Below the pieces are notes generated by a model that saw nothing but the letters and a program-made list of their open reading frames with translations, was not told the origin of the DNA and searched no databases. This document shows, piece by piece, positions 1 to 13,130 of a stretch of 64,000 nt of DNA (its first letter is position 1; each line of letters begins with the position of its first letter). Source of the DNA: Eledone cirrhosa (Eukaryota). The translations under genes and the position numbers were made by a program. The stretch is from positions 41,540,001-41,604,000 of the forward strand of contig OZ024747.1 in the NCBI GenBank assembly GCA_964016885.1. Direction: 5' to 3'.

Positions 1-1976
1 ACCCTGTTGATTATTAATAACTAATTAACAAAAAAAGTGAATTATTCTCTAGTTGCCTCCATAAAGCTACGTCCACTTTTTTAGCCTCCCATAAATCGAG
101 AAAAAAAGAGACACTAATATCAAACCATTAATAACTTGGTTACCAGGAATATATAATCAACAGTGAAAAACATTAATGGCCTTTAATATTGCTTTATATA
201 TAATATATCTATAGAAGAAATAACGCTCGAATGAATGACACTTGTTCAATAACATGCCGGAACATTGATACACATAACATTATTTTATTAACTTTGATCA
301 ATACCATCATTTCTTTATTTCTTTATTTCTCTATCTATCTTCCTATTTATGCTTATAATTTAGTATAATACCCAATCCTTACATATTTACGGAACTTATC
401 TATAACTGAATTTTTAATGCATTTTTGATCTCTTTTAAATTTTAGTTTAATACCCAATCCAAACATTTTTATGGAACTTATCTATAACTGTGAAATTTTA
501 ATGAGTTTTTGATCTCTTATTTATAGTATAATATAATATAGTATATGCATATATTTTTTTAATATATTTACTGCACTTTAAAATCTAAAATTTAAGACAG
601 ATTCAAACTTATATAGAAATGTAAATTTTTGCTGCGCTTTTGATCTCTTATTTATAATATAATGTATTATAATATGTATGTAGTTATATATTATATTTTA
701 TATATTTTTAAATATACCTACCACATTTCTATATATATGATTCAAATATAGAGAAAATATCCAAACTAAAAATTATTATAGACATTATTTTGAACTCTGA
801 ATTATCCATGCACTCATTATTGTTTTTCTTTATATATATATGTGTGTATTTAAATGTAACACGTTGAACTCTACTTTATAAAATTATAACTGTTATCATT
901 TACCTAAAGTATACTACACCACTAATACCTAATATATATCTATATATATATATACCTCCCTATATCTTCCTATACACAATTTTTACTTAACTTCTAAATT
1001 TCTTGATTACGTACACTCTGAACTAAGAATAATTAATGCATTTACACCCCGTTATATATAGGTGTAACATGCCTCAATTTATTTATATTTTTCGTTATCA
1101 TTTACCTAAAATATACCGGATCAATAATATATATCTATATACATAATCGTTATTTAAATATGTCTAACAATAAATACTTCAGAAGCTTTACATACCTAAT
1201 ATGTTGATATCTTGGTTAATACATTTACACCCAGTTATACATAGGTGTATATCTAACCTTAACATGCCTCAATCTATTATCTTATTTTATTTTTATCTTC
1301 GTCGTTATTATTTACCTTAAATATACTGGCTCATTAATATATACCTATATACATAATCGTTATTTAAATATTTGTAACAATAAGTACTTCAAAAGTTTTA
1401 CATACCTAATATGTTGGTATCTTTGTTAAAGTTTAAATTTAGGTAAATAATCAACAGTATAATATTTCATTCTTTATGTGCCAGCTAAATCCTTTAAATG
1501 TTACCCTCATAAAATTCAGAAGCTTAGAAATGATAACACATTTATCAAATTTATAAAAATAATATATAAATAACCAGCAAATAATCCTGAAATCTGGAGT
1601 CTTCGCCCTAATATTATAAATTAAATATTTTCAAATTTAACCGTTTAACTTTCGGAAAAATCTCCTTCTGCATATATCACCCCCCCCCCCCCCCTCTTAT
1701 CTTTCCCTCTTTATAAATCCTTTTCCAGTGGCTATCACTGGCTGTTATGATTCATGAGATGTTTTCCTAGATATATCGTAGTATCATACATTTTAAAATC
1801 TCTAGCACAGTTACAGTAAGCAACGTTTTTCTTACTCACACATTCTCTAATGAATTTATTACGTTTTCGCATTTTCTCATAAATAGGCTATATATGTAAA
1901 ATTTTCTCTTGGGTTAATCACTACCTTGATTAAATCTTAACCATTTAACATCTCAGGGTATGTCATGTATCATTAT

Positions 1977-2029
1977 ATTTTGTCTGATGAGGACGTACTG
2001 TTGTACATCCGAAATATGTATAATAAAAT
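1977..2029 (+). ncRNA. Type I hammerhead ribozyme motif (minimal stem III)
   Basis: attttgt-CTGATGA-ggacgtac(tgtt)gtacatcc-GAAA-tatgta-TA-ataaaat; 7-bp stem I. Confidence 0.8.
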
Positions 2030-2069
2030 GTAATTGATCAAAAGAACATCTATTTTATTAATATTTATA

Positions 2070-2114
<45 letters not shown>

Positions 2115-2354
2115 GAAAAGTATAGAAATTATTGTAGCAAGAAGCCAACAGTATTCCATAATATATAAGTGACTATAGCGTCAAAATGGGAAAATAGTTA
2201 AAATAGTTAATAATTCAAACTCAATTCAAAAAGAATCAGGATATAGATTCATCCAACAGAATTTAGTGAAATCCAGGGAAAAATCAATAGAGCCTTAACT
2301 CATGATAAAATAAAGTTTAAAATACTCATCCTTCAATTTGGAAAAACTACAAAT

Positions 2355-2436
2355 GCTCTGTATAGTCATGAAAAGACTATTTCACGAAAACTTTCAGTGG
2401 GGATGGTGACGGTTGGAATTCGATCCTCAGCAGAGC
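2355..2436 (-). ncRNA. Type I hammerhead ribozyme motif with stable stem III
   Basis: Minus strand: gctctg-CTGAGGA-tcgaa...ttcgt-GAAA-tagtc(ttttcat)gacta-TA-cagagc. Confidence 0.8.
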
Positions 2437-3654
2437 TCAACACGATAGCCAAAATCTCACTGATTATAATATGCCAAAAAGGGAATTTAAAAGCAGGCTA
2501 GTTCAACATCATGCGTGATTATGAAAATAAAACGCCCATGCGGAAACAGGGTTGGTGACGTCAGAATGAGACGAATGTTTGTTTACATGAAACAACAGTC
2601 AAAAACATTCCGAAAAAAACTCTACAATAAGGAGTTCAGCAAAAAGCAATATTATCGCGGTTATTTAAAAAAAAAAAAGACCGGGATTAGTCACAAATAA
2701 TTTAAGCACTCTAGGAAAGAAATCCGAGTATAAATATAAATGAAAAGTATAGAAATTAGTGTAGCAAGAAGCCAACAGTATTCCATAATATATAAGTGAC
2801 TATAGTGTCAAAATGGGAAAATAGTTAACGTAAGATGTGGGAAAAATAATTCAAACTCAATTCAAAAAGAATCAGGATATAGATTCATCCAACAGAATTT
2901 AGTGAAATCCAGGGAAAAATCAATAGAGCCTTAACTCATGCTATTTACCTCTCTTATGTAATTTTTTTATTTTATTTTATTTTTTTTTTTGTTTTTATTT
3001 TTGTCCATCACTGTGTTTGTGTATACGTTGCGCGCGCGTGCGAACGTGCATTTATTTTAATTTTTATTTTAAAAATTTTCTTGCTTGCCTGCCTATTTAG
3101 CTACTGAACTGTGCTTATTATTGTATCCTTTATATGTGTGCGTATGTATGTGAGTGTATACGTGTGTATGTACATGTGTATATGTGTATGTATGTATATG
3201 TGTATGTGTATTCATATACATGTGTGCGTGCGTGTGTGTATGTATATATATATGTATGTGTGTGTACGTGTGTTTGTGTGTGTATGTGCGTGTGTGTATG
3301 TATATATATATATGTGTATGTGTGTGTATGTGTACGTATGTAAACGCGTGTGTATATGTGCGTGTGTATGTATGTATGTATGTATGTATGTATGTATGAA
3401 TGTATGTATGTATATATATGTGTATGTATATATGTGTGTGTACATGTACGTATGTTTATGTGTACGTGTGTGAGCATAAGTATATGCGTGGGTAGATGTT
3501 TATATATGTATGTGTATATTTATATATATATACACATATATTTATTATTTTTCCTCATTACATTACGTCTGTTATTTTATTTTATATCAGCCTCGCTTTC
3601 AATTGTTTTAGGCTTTGTTTTTAAATCCATATCTCACATCCTCTTCAAATAAAA

Positions 3655-3727
3655 TTTCTTTCTGACGAACGATTTCAGACGTCTCTGTCGAGCTCGTCTG
3701 TCTTCGTGAAACCTTTGGTAAATGGAA
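3655..3727 (+). ncRNA. Type I hammerhead ribozyme motif
   Basis: CTGACGA-acga..cagacg...cgtctg..tcgt-GAAAC-ctttg-GTA-aatggaa. Its 3' flank is shared with the motifs at 37950 and 38359. Confidence 0.75.
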
Positions 3728-4153
3728 TAATTGTCCTATGTTGTTTATTACATAACTATATATATATATATATTTTTTTTATTTTATTAATTATTTTTCC
3801 CACATCTTACGTTAACTATTTTCCCATTTTGACGCTATAGTCACTTATATATTATGGGATACTGTTGGCTTCTTGCTACAATAATTTCTATACTTTTCAT
3901 TTATATATATATATATATATATATACAAATAAATAATCGAGAATCGAAATCTCAGCCCAGGAAATCACGAAACACAACCTTCGAAATGTGTGGCAGAGGG
4001 CTCAATAGTTTGGGTAAACCAGAGCTATAACTATCGTTAAAATACCAACACATAGAGACAATGCTTAAAATCATTCGCACAACCGAAAAAACGACCAGGA
4101 AAATTCGGGTCACACAAATAATAAATTAATAAATTAATATATATATATATATA

Positions 4154-6890
4154 TATTAAAATATAAATATTAATAAAATAGATGTTCTTTTGATCAATTA
4201 CATTTTATTATACATATTTCGGATGTACAACATTACGTCCTCATCAGACAAAATATAATGATACATGACATATTCATAGACTATATTTGATCAACCGGTA
4301 AATTTTCCAATCGTTAATTTCCGGAAGTGAATAAGAGGAGCTAATGCGTAAGGGGAGGTAACTAGCTAATTAAGTTCGATTCAGTTATTAAAATTCTTTG
4401 TTCTAATACACATTATAATGTGATATCATTGGATCTCTGTTACATAACGCTGTATATTTATACCTGATTTTAAATACAGTGTATTTTACTATTATACATT
4501 AAAGGTTTCTTTAGATTGTTATCTATTCATTACTGGACAAGGTATATGTTATGAAGAATTTTATAGCTGTTAATATGTCAAAATAGATATGTCACATGTG
4601 TAATAATATACATTATTGTTTTGAAAGTTAATCCCTAATATACAATGCTATTACATTTTATATTTAATTATAAATGTATATATACTTTATTATTATTATG
4701 TTGTTAATTTAAGTATTATTAATTTAAGTATTTAATTATACATTTATAAGTGCATATATAGTTTATTATCACATATTACATTAAATGTCTCTACATACCA
4801 AGTACCAAATATCCATTTCTGTATATGATATAATTAATCTATTGTAGTTATATCACAAGGTGATAACTCTATGTCTAATTCTAACTGTTATTGCAGAGCA
4901 TAAGGTTAGAGATGAATAGGAGTTGTGTAGAGGAAAGAGTTGGTCGAATGGTTTGTGGTTGTGGGTGCTGCTAAGTCCTAGATGTGTAGTGTTAATGGTG
5001 GTGGGGAATTCAAATCTGACATTGTTGTATACTAACAGCTAGGTTTAAAGTTATGGAACGAGTGCCGGTACCGGTGTTGGCACGAGGAAAATGTCTCTGA
5101 CTTTCTATTAAGGAGGTCCAGTTTCGAAAAGATTATAGTATGGATCTCCAGAAGGCAGAGATTACACAATTTATTCGGTGGTTTATACGATGAGGCCCAA
5201 CCTACTACTTCCCATTGCAGTGTAAATGGTCTATTCCTAGTTTTCAGAGAGTGTACGTAGCTAGATAACGAAGTGGAGCTGGCTAGATTGTGTTTTTTGA
5301 AAGAGTGGAGGTGTGAGTTGTATCTCGTCTTGAAGTTGTTCGAAGTAGAGCCTATATATGTTTTAGAAGAGTTGTTTGCGTTGACGGTGCATGAGTAGAT
5401 GATGTCTTTGGTTAAGCAATTATTACCCAAGGTTGAGAAGAAAGCCTTAGGCAAGTTGGTAGAGGCGTTTAGATTGAAAGGGGGATTGAAGAATGTATTA
5501 GTTCTCCTTCTATTTTTGTTTATAGTATTGTTTTTTTAGGTATTTATATCCCTGTTTATATTATTATTGTGGTGTTTACTTTGGTGCGAGTTAAGTTTGG
5601 TATTAATCTTCGTCATAGAGTTATAGTGGCTAGTGTTTTTTACTATTTTTCCTCATGGCCATATTATGAGAAATAATGTTGTAACTATGTGATTTTATAG
5701 GTAGGAATTCAATCTCATTCTTATGACCTGATTTAGCTAAGGCCTCATTATAGTATTGTGAATTATTGTTAAATATGGTTTCATTATATGATAGATTAGA
5801 GATTCTATTAGATATTCTTTTAGTAATAGAGTTTAATATGGATTTAGGGTGGTTAGAGTTGGTGTTCACATAAATTAGTTTTTCGTTAGGTTTATGATAG
5901 GGTGTGTATATTTTAGAGTCTAGGCTAAGGGTAGCATCAAGGAAGTTGACGTTTTTAGTGTTTTTATCTAAGGTGATACTTAAGTTGAAGTTTTGAAAAT
6001 TTTGTGTAACTGTTTCCTAGTTTTTTCTATATTAAATTTGTTATAGTCTATAAGAAGAAGCGCATCATCGCGGTATAAACCACCGTTGAGGTAGGGTAGG
6101 TTCTTATGGATTTTATTAAGTAGATATAGGCCCACCAAATCAGTGACCTGCGCCGAGTCACTAGATCCCATGGTTATGTCGAAGTTGTTATGCGTATCCT
6201 TGCGGGTCCATAATTGTTCTTCAAATGTAATTATGGTTTTTCGGGCCGCAAGTATGACATCAATTTGGGATCTAGTCAGGTCACTATTGTTCATGGCCAT
6301 AATTAAAGCCTTATTTAATAGGATAGGAGAAATAGAGGTGTAGTATGAATTGATATCACATTGTATACATTTTTTATTTTTACACTCTTTAATACCCTTG
6401 AACCATTCAATAACCTCACCCGTATTTCCCCATTGGTTAAGGTATATGTTGTGCTTAAATTGTGGGATGATTCCGTCTAATATTTTCTTGCTGATAATAC
6501 CAATCTCAGACTTGGAAGAGCAAATCAGTCTAATTGAAGGGTTACTAATGAAGTCTTCTTTATGGTCCTTCAGAGAGAATCTTGGGGGATTAGGGGTGTA
6601 TGGCTGTGTATGTCTCTGAAGTCCTAATTTACTCACTATATTACGGCCTTCTATATTTATATCTTCTAGGTTTTTAGTAGTAGTTTTCTTGTAGCTCCTA
6701 TGCAGTTCCTTATATATAAATTTTCTATAAGTATCGTAATCTAAGCTATATATATTATTAGTTTTATCTGCATGCACTAGAATTTTTTTTTATTAAATCA
6801 TTTAATAGTGGAGTTAAGGTAGCTTAAGAAGGTGTTGTTTCTATTATGATGTTTTTTGTATTTTATGTTCTTAACTAGTTTAATTAGATC
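4154..6890 (-). mobile_element. Penelope-like element (Naiad-type), 5'-truncated and frameshifted RT + GIY-YIG, with a 3' hammerhead-containing end
   Basis: ORFs 5980-6777 (ITMGSSDSAQVTDLVG, LYRDD), 5630-5869 (SNHPKSI thumb) and 5032-5454 (IIY...YIGST, FKTRYNSH, CNLCLLE, LLNRKSE, CQH). HHR at 4202-4254; the element ends in (TA)n. Confidence 0.9.
4202..4254 (-). ncRNA. Type I hammerhead ribozyme motif at a PLE 3' end
   Basis: Near-identical inverted copy of 1977-2029. Confidence 0.8.
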
Positions 6891-6914
6891 ATTAATTATA
6901 TGTGCAAACATTGA

Positions 6915-6968
6915 TAATGCTCCGATGACTCCAAACGAGAGTTTGGAAGAAACGATTGTCAGCTATTA
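6915..6968 (+). ncRNA. Type I hammerhead motif, CCGATGA core variant
   Basis: gct-CCGATGA-ctccaaac(gaga)gtttggaa-GAAAC-gatt-GTC-agc. Confidence 0.75.
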
Positions 6969-7166
6969 AATGATTTGAACACAACTTTGATAATTGTATA
7001 ATTTATTTATTTCCCTGCTCTGTAAAACAACTGATGTTCATGCATTGAGCTATTTCTCTTACTGGTAATAAGGTAATAAGAAATTACTGACCTTCCTGTT
7101 TATAGTTGTTTATACTATAAACATAACTATAAATAGTATTATTATATATATATATATATATATATA

Positions 7167-9114
7167 GTGGTGGAACACTGGAAGGTAATATCCGTAGTGG
7201 TAGAGCACTCAGTCCATGGGGCGAGTTAGGTAGAAGTGGTTACACAGCAGTTAGTTCAACGTACCGAGATCAATTGTTTCACCTTAGCGGATCCTCAGCT
7301 CGGAATGGGCATGGTTATTGGAACAGGAAGGACAACCGTACGAACGCGCATGCGCAGAAACCCGGTCACTTCACATAGGCAATACTAGAATGCGTGCGAG
7401 AGGTGTAAGTGAGATAACTGCGAAAGTCCGAAAAGTTTTTAGTTGAAAATACAATTACAACGAATCAGTCCGGAGCCTTGTAGTTATGCAATGGGTATTT
7501 GGCAACGTGTGGACAATGTGTGAAAAATTAATTTCTCGTGTTTAGGCAATCACTATTGTATAATCTCTTTAGAATAGTTATTAGTTCGTCAATACATAAG
7601 CCACACGTCGGATTTCCCCTTGCGTATGGCTTGGACTTAGTGATGGCTTTCCATTGAATGGAGTAGTCTATACTTGAGTCCTTGAGGGACCATACGTGGC
7701 TCGCGAGTTTCGTGGATGAACGTCTGTCCGGGTACTTGAAGGAAGACTGGTGGTTCAGGAAACGTTCATTAAATCGGCCCTCCGCCATGCCCACATAGGA
7801 TTTAACCTCCTGTGGTTCGTTTGGTCGGTTGGAAGTGACCACAGCTTCATAAATTACAGCTGGTGTGTTGCATTGCTGTTGAAGGAGGCAAGCTTCAGGC
7901 TTACGGCAAGAGCACCGTGGTGGTGTGTTGCTCCTAGGGCTGCTGGTGATGTGGGCCTTCATGTTCTTAGCGCAGGAGTATCCTAGTTTAACTTTGTGTC
8001 GGTTAAAGATGGAGCGGTATTTATGACCTATGGGAAAGTGTCTATCTAAGAGGGCTAGAAATTTTTTTCCTACATTGGTTTTAACGTTGAGTGAGAAGGG
8101 AGGAGAGAACCAGATAGTTTGTCTATTGTTGCGCTTACTTTTCTTAATGGTGTTGTTGCTAGTGGGAGAGTAAGTGATAGGTTGTGAGAAGCCACTGTTA
8201 GCCAACGTCGTGTTATAGTAGGGTGCCTCCCTGTCAAAGATAGCCTTATTAGAGGAGAGGTTTGAGATTCTAGTACTGATATTCTTAACGAAGTTTCTAA
8301 AAACAGTGGGAGGGTGGCATGAGTACTTGTGAATGTAATTGAGTTTCTCGTTTACCTTATGGAAGGGTCTGTGTGTGTGTGTGCGAAGGTCTAAATTAAT
8401 GTCTAAGAAATCTACGCTAGAGAGGTTGGTCGCTACTGTTATCATAAGTCCTAACCCATTGAAGGTAGAAGCTAAGTCTTTTTTAAACCGGTCGAGGTCG
8501 TGACGTGACCACTTTTATGGCTCGATAAAGTCAGTCCATCGTCGCGGTATATTCCCGTGTGGAAGTCCGGAAATCTAACACGTAATATGTCTAAGATAAA
8601 TAGGGCAACCAAGTCACATACGCCAGCACTGTCAAACGATCCCATGGAGACGTCGAATAGTTCTGAAGTGGTTGACTTCTTTGCCCAGGCTACTCCGTCG
8701 TTGAAGAGGAGGGTTTTCCGGCAGTGAGCGATGATTTCCCTGTCTAAACCATCGACGGTGGTATAAGTGGTAGCGAAGTCCAACGCTTTGTTTAACAGGG
8801 TCTCTGAGATCGACGGGTAAAAATCGACAATGTCAAACTGTGTGAACTTCGCTTTTTTGGATTTTAAGGAGTTAAACCACTTAATTACGGAGAGTCGCTG
8901 TTCTCCCACTGGGACATGTTGGACTTGGTCTTAACTATGTTTCTTAGTATGGCCTTACTGACTAGTCCCATATCTGTGCGTACCGGGTTTATTAGTCTAC
9001 ATGTGGGGATAGAAGTAAAGTCTACCATGTGATCTTTCAAGGTGAAGAACGCCCCCATCTTAGCTAGAGATTGTAGCTTCTTATCTACCTTAAGGTCGGT
9101 GGCAAGTTCCTTAG

Positions 9115-9115
<1 letters not shown>
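7167..9115 (-). mobile_element. Penelope-like element (Naiad-type), second family, 5'-truncated RT + GIY-YIG
   Basis: ORF 8472-8909 (FDIVDFYPSI, VSMGSFDSAGVCDLV, IYRDDG) and ORF 7528-8445 (FLDINL, CSCRKPEACLL..C, VIY..YVGMA, CGLC). A GTCAC duplication near 8500 shifts the frame. Flanked by (TA)n on both sides. Confidence 0.9.
7264..7304 (-). ncRNA. Degenerate hammerhead motif at a PLE 3' end
   Basis: Minus strand: ccgag-CTGAGGA-tccgctaaggt-GAAAAC-aattgat-ctcgg; the cleavage triplet is altered. Confidence 0.55.
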
Positions 9116-9207
<92 letters not shown>

Positions 9208-9328
9208 GCTAAGGAACTTGCCGCCGACCTTAAGGTAGATAAGAAGCTACAATCTCGATATGTGCATATGTTTTTATATGTCTCTTGTGTTGAAAAGGAG
9301 GTCAAGTATGTTATAGATCACTAAATAG

Positions 9329-9377
9329 TTGCTCCGAAGAATCCAAACCTCGGTTTGGAGGAAACAATTGTAAGCAA
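9329..9377 (+). ncRNA. Type I hammerhead motif, CCGAAGA core variant
   Basis: ttgct-CCGAAGA-atccaaac(ctcg)gtttggag-GAAAC-aatt-GTA-agcaa. Confidence 0.78.
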
Positions 9378-9668
9378 ATAAATGATTTAAACTGAACTTT
9401 GATTATTGTAATCTCTCTCTCTATATATATATATATATGTGTGTGTGTGTTTATAACAAAGAGGGTGTGGTAAAATACCAGGTAGACCATAACGCACCGG
9501 AGTACTCAATACTTAGGGTAGTATAGTGGGTAATAGGGTAAGATTCAGGACACCAATGGCTGAGCTCCGGCCACTTCGACAGCTAGATCGAACTAAGCGA
9601 CCAGGGTTAGTTTGGATCTAGCTGTTGAAGTGGCTGGAGCTCAGCCATCGGTATCTTGAATCTTTTCC

Positions 9669-9796
<128 letters not shown>

Positions 9797-9921
9797 TTAG
9801 TTAAGCAAAACAAGACCACAAACTTCACAAGGAAGACATTATTAAAAGATTGTCAACATATTTTAGTTTGATGTAAGGAATGTAGAGAATAATAATAATA
9901 ATATTAATAATAATAATGTCC

Positions 9922-10043
9922 GTTTACAATTGTTTCGCTACTCCATATAATATTTCTGGATCAGATGACTATATATCATAATTGATCTGGTTCAGTTGAA
10001 AATAATTAACATATTTAAAAAAAACAGAGTGGCTCATCGGAAC
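9922..10043 (-). ncRNA. Hammerhead motif with a ~97-nt stem II domain
   Basis: Minus strand: gtt-CCGATGA-gccactc...gagtagc-GAAAC-aatt-GTA-aac. Confidence 0.65.
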
Positions 10044-11071
10044 TCAAAGGAATATAACTTAAAATAATGTTACATAATATAATGTTCCATATATTGGTTT
10101 TTACTATGGTGTCTTGGTTGCATCAGCTATCAGCCATAATCAAGCAGTATTCATCTGTCGAGGCTGCATTGTGTGAGATCTGCCTATGGGTAACAAGATG
10201 GCTGCCAAAGGGCATATTTACCTTACTAATTAGAGGGTGGTTTCAGGGGAAGTAACTTCTCGAGAGATTAGAGATTGTGAGTATTTATAGTTAAGTGCTA
10301 GTATTTAAATTTTGTAATTGAGAGACAATGTAGGGGAGGTAACTTATAATTATCGAGTTGTTCATAGCAATTTAACTAATTAGCTATAAGTAGAAATGGG
10401 GCTACGTTGGGTCCAAAACTCTATTAGCGAAGGAATTAGCCCTTCGATGTTGACAGCTAATGGTTACCTTCGTTCTATCGTTAATCGGTAGAGGTCGTGA
10501 TAGAGTTATGTAATATGCTTCCGTAACACAGAGATCACAAGATTTTCTTCGTCCATTGAACGGTTGGGCCCTAGCTACGATATCCTATTTTAGTGAGTGT
10601 TGAACGTTGTTTAATTTAAGGTTTTTAATGAGCCTAGCTAGCGATGTCGAACATCTGTTGCTAGGGTCTCGGAAGGAAAAAGAGTGCGCGTTATAGTGTA
10701 CCTTAAAAGGGTTAGAGGTAGACCCGATATAAGAGCTGGTATTCGAAGCAGTCTCAACTGTGCACCTATAGACTATGTTGGGTGTCAGACAGTGTCCATT
10801 TAATGGGCATGCATTGGGGTAACGGCAGTTGCAGTTGCTTCTGCGGTTAGCAAGAGTAGGGTTGTTTAACCTAAGCGGTTGGTCCGTGCTAGAAGGATTA
10901 GATGGGGGAGTCGTGCTACTACAGTAATTATTGGTGTAGTGGCGTGGTGTATTTGATAGGGGTGGTGGTACCGCGGTGTGGGAGTTATACTGTCTTAGCT
11001 TATGATATATAGTCATCTGATACAGAAATATTATATGAAGTAGCGAAACAATTGTAAACGGACATTATTAT

Positions 11072-11220
11072 ATGCTTTCCAGCATAGTTACGTCCCTTTA
11101 CGATCTGAGTTCAAATCCCGCCGAGGTTGACTTTGCCTTTCATCCTTACGGGGTCGATAAAATAAAGTACCAGTAATGCACTGGGTAATTGCTGGCCTTG
11201 TGCCTAAAGTAGAAACAATT
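11072..11220 (+). mobile_element. Same SINE family, 5'-truncated
   Basis: Near-identical to 16952-17100. Confidence 0.9.
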
Positions 11221-11799
11221 ATTATTAATATTATTATTATTATTCTCTACATTCCTTACATCAAACTAAAATATGTTGACAATCTTTTAATAATGTCTTC
11301 CTTGTGAAGTTTGTGGTCTTGTTTTTCTTAACTAATGAATATTTCCAGCTCTGCGCACCTAACTTCTGCATGAACCCAGCCACCTAGCTGCTTTCTACTG
11401 CATATTGCACATTGAGCACATGCCTTTACGCTTTGGCTTCTAACTAACTCACCAATATCTCCTCTCATATCTCCTCTACTATCTCCATCTCTCTCTTTAA
11501 GATTGGTTACTCTTGAACTGTGTATATATATATATATATATATCACGATAAATTAACGGACCCATAGACTCTCGCTATTCCCTGTCAATAATGTGCTCAA
11601 AGGAAAAGGAATCCTGAGCTCTTTAAAATACAATATGTTGAAAAGGTAACACACTAGAGAGAGATAGTGCACCATCAATAAAACAGGGTAAACCACCAGT
11701 GTATGGTATCTATAACCTATGCAAGGCAGGGTAGACACACATTAATTAAAAATATAATTTAAAATGTATATACGCACCTCTATAACTATAGAACACACA

Positions 11800-11880
11800 C
11801 ACGCGTACGAATCCAAAGAGATCTGTTTCGCCAGGAATTTGTTGACTGAAATGGAATAGCCTATGGTTCATCAGCGCGTG
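11800..11880 (-). ncRNA. Type I hammerhead motif with extended stems II and III
   Basis: Minus strand: cacgcg-CTGATGA-acca...tggc-GAAAC-agatctctttggattc-GTA-cgcgtg. Confidence 0.75.
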
Positions 11881-12086
11881 CAAGACTATACATTCCAGAC
11901 AACTCTAAGAGAATCTAAAGCGACCGGCCAGCTACACGCGGCAGAGAGATGTCACAGCGTTTTTAAGGCAGTGAACCAGTGGTATCTGGGGTACGAGCTG
12001 CTAGAAAGGGCAACCCAAAAACCACTCAAAGAAGTGTGCTCAACCAAACAGAGTGAGAGGAAAGACTGTTATAAGGAGCGAAATAT

Positions 12087-12233
<147 letters not shown>

Positions 12234-12500
12234 CACACACACATATATATGTGTGTGTGTGTGCAGTCTCCACCTACCAAATTCCACTGACAGAAATAAT
12301 AACAGAACACACTCACTGTTTGGTTTGAGTTGCCATAGTTGATTTATTTGGCAATCAATATTTATGAACAGATATAACTATATATAAATATATATATATA
12401 TATAGTCTATCAAAGTTCTTTTGTCACACATCTGCAACATCATCAGTGGTACTATTATGTTTCCTCCTATTGTATTGTAATGTCTACAGCATTTTTATTT

Positions 12501-12543
<43 letters not shown>

Positions 12544-12941
12544 TTTTTTATTTATTCTTGTCTCTGTCTCTGCGCATGCGTTCACGCGTGTGTATAATGT
12601 TTGGTGTGTGTGTTCGCGTTTGAATGTATGTATTTTTGTTTTTGTATTCTATCTTTGTTCACTAGTGTGTGTTTATGTGTTTTTTTTATTGTACTTGTGC
12701 ATATATTTATTTATTTATTCATTTATTTATTTATATTTCCTTTAAGTCAGTTTTGTTCGTTTGTTGTTATTCCATTCGTTCTTTCTGTTCAACTTTGGTC
12801 TTCTTAGTTCTATCTCAGTTGCTTCTCTGATTTGCCTACCTGTTGAGTCATTTCTATGCTTAGATATTCTTCTTCTGTATCTTTTATATCTCCATAGTTA
12901 ATTCATTTGGCAATCAATGTTTATCATTGATTGACCAGCGG

Positions 12942-12992
<51 letters not shown>

Positions 12993-13031
12993 ATCAAAGT
13001 TCTTTTGTCGCACATCTGCATCATCATCAGT

Positions 13032-13130
<99 letters not shown>

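Larger units (their letters stand above)
2111..3903. repeat. Direct repeat (2111-2305 / 2738-2940) with an inverted partner (3790-3903)
   Basis: aaatgaaaagtatagaaatt...gggaaaatagttaa occurs twice forward and once reversed. Confidence 0.9.

Noticed and set aside
2395-2440. Possible tRNA/B-box (ggaattcgatcctcagc)
   Set aside because: No cloverleaf; better explained as the reverse strand of the hammerhead at 2355-2436.
4900-8909. Selenoprotein-type Naiad (in-frame TGA plus SECIS)
   Set aside because: The ORF breaks I checked are frameshifts or TAA/TAG, the Cys motifs use normal codons, and I saw no convincing SECIS hairpin after the stops. A SECISearch run would be decisive.
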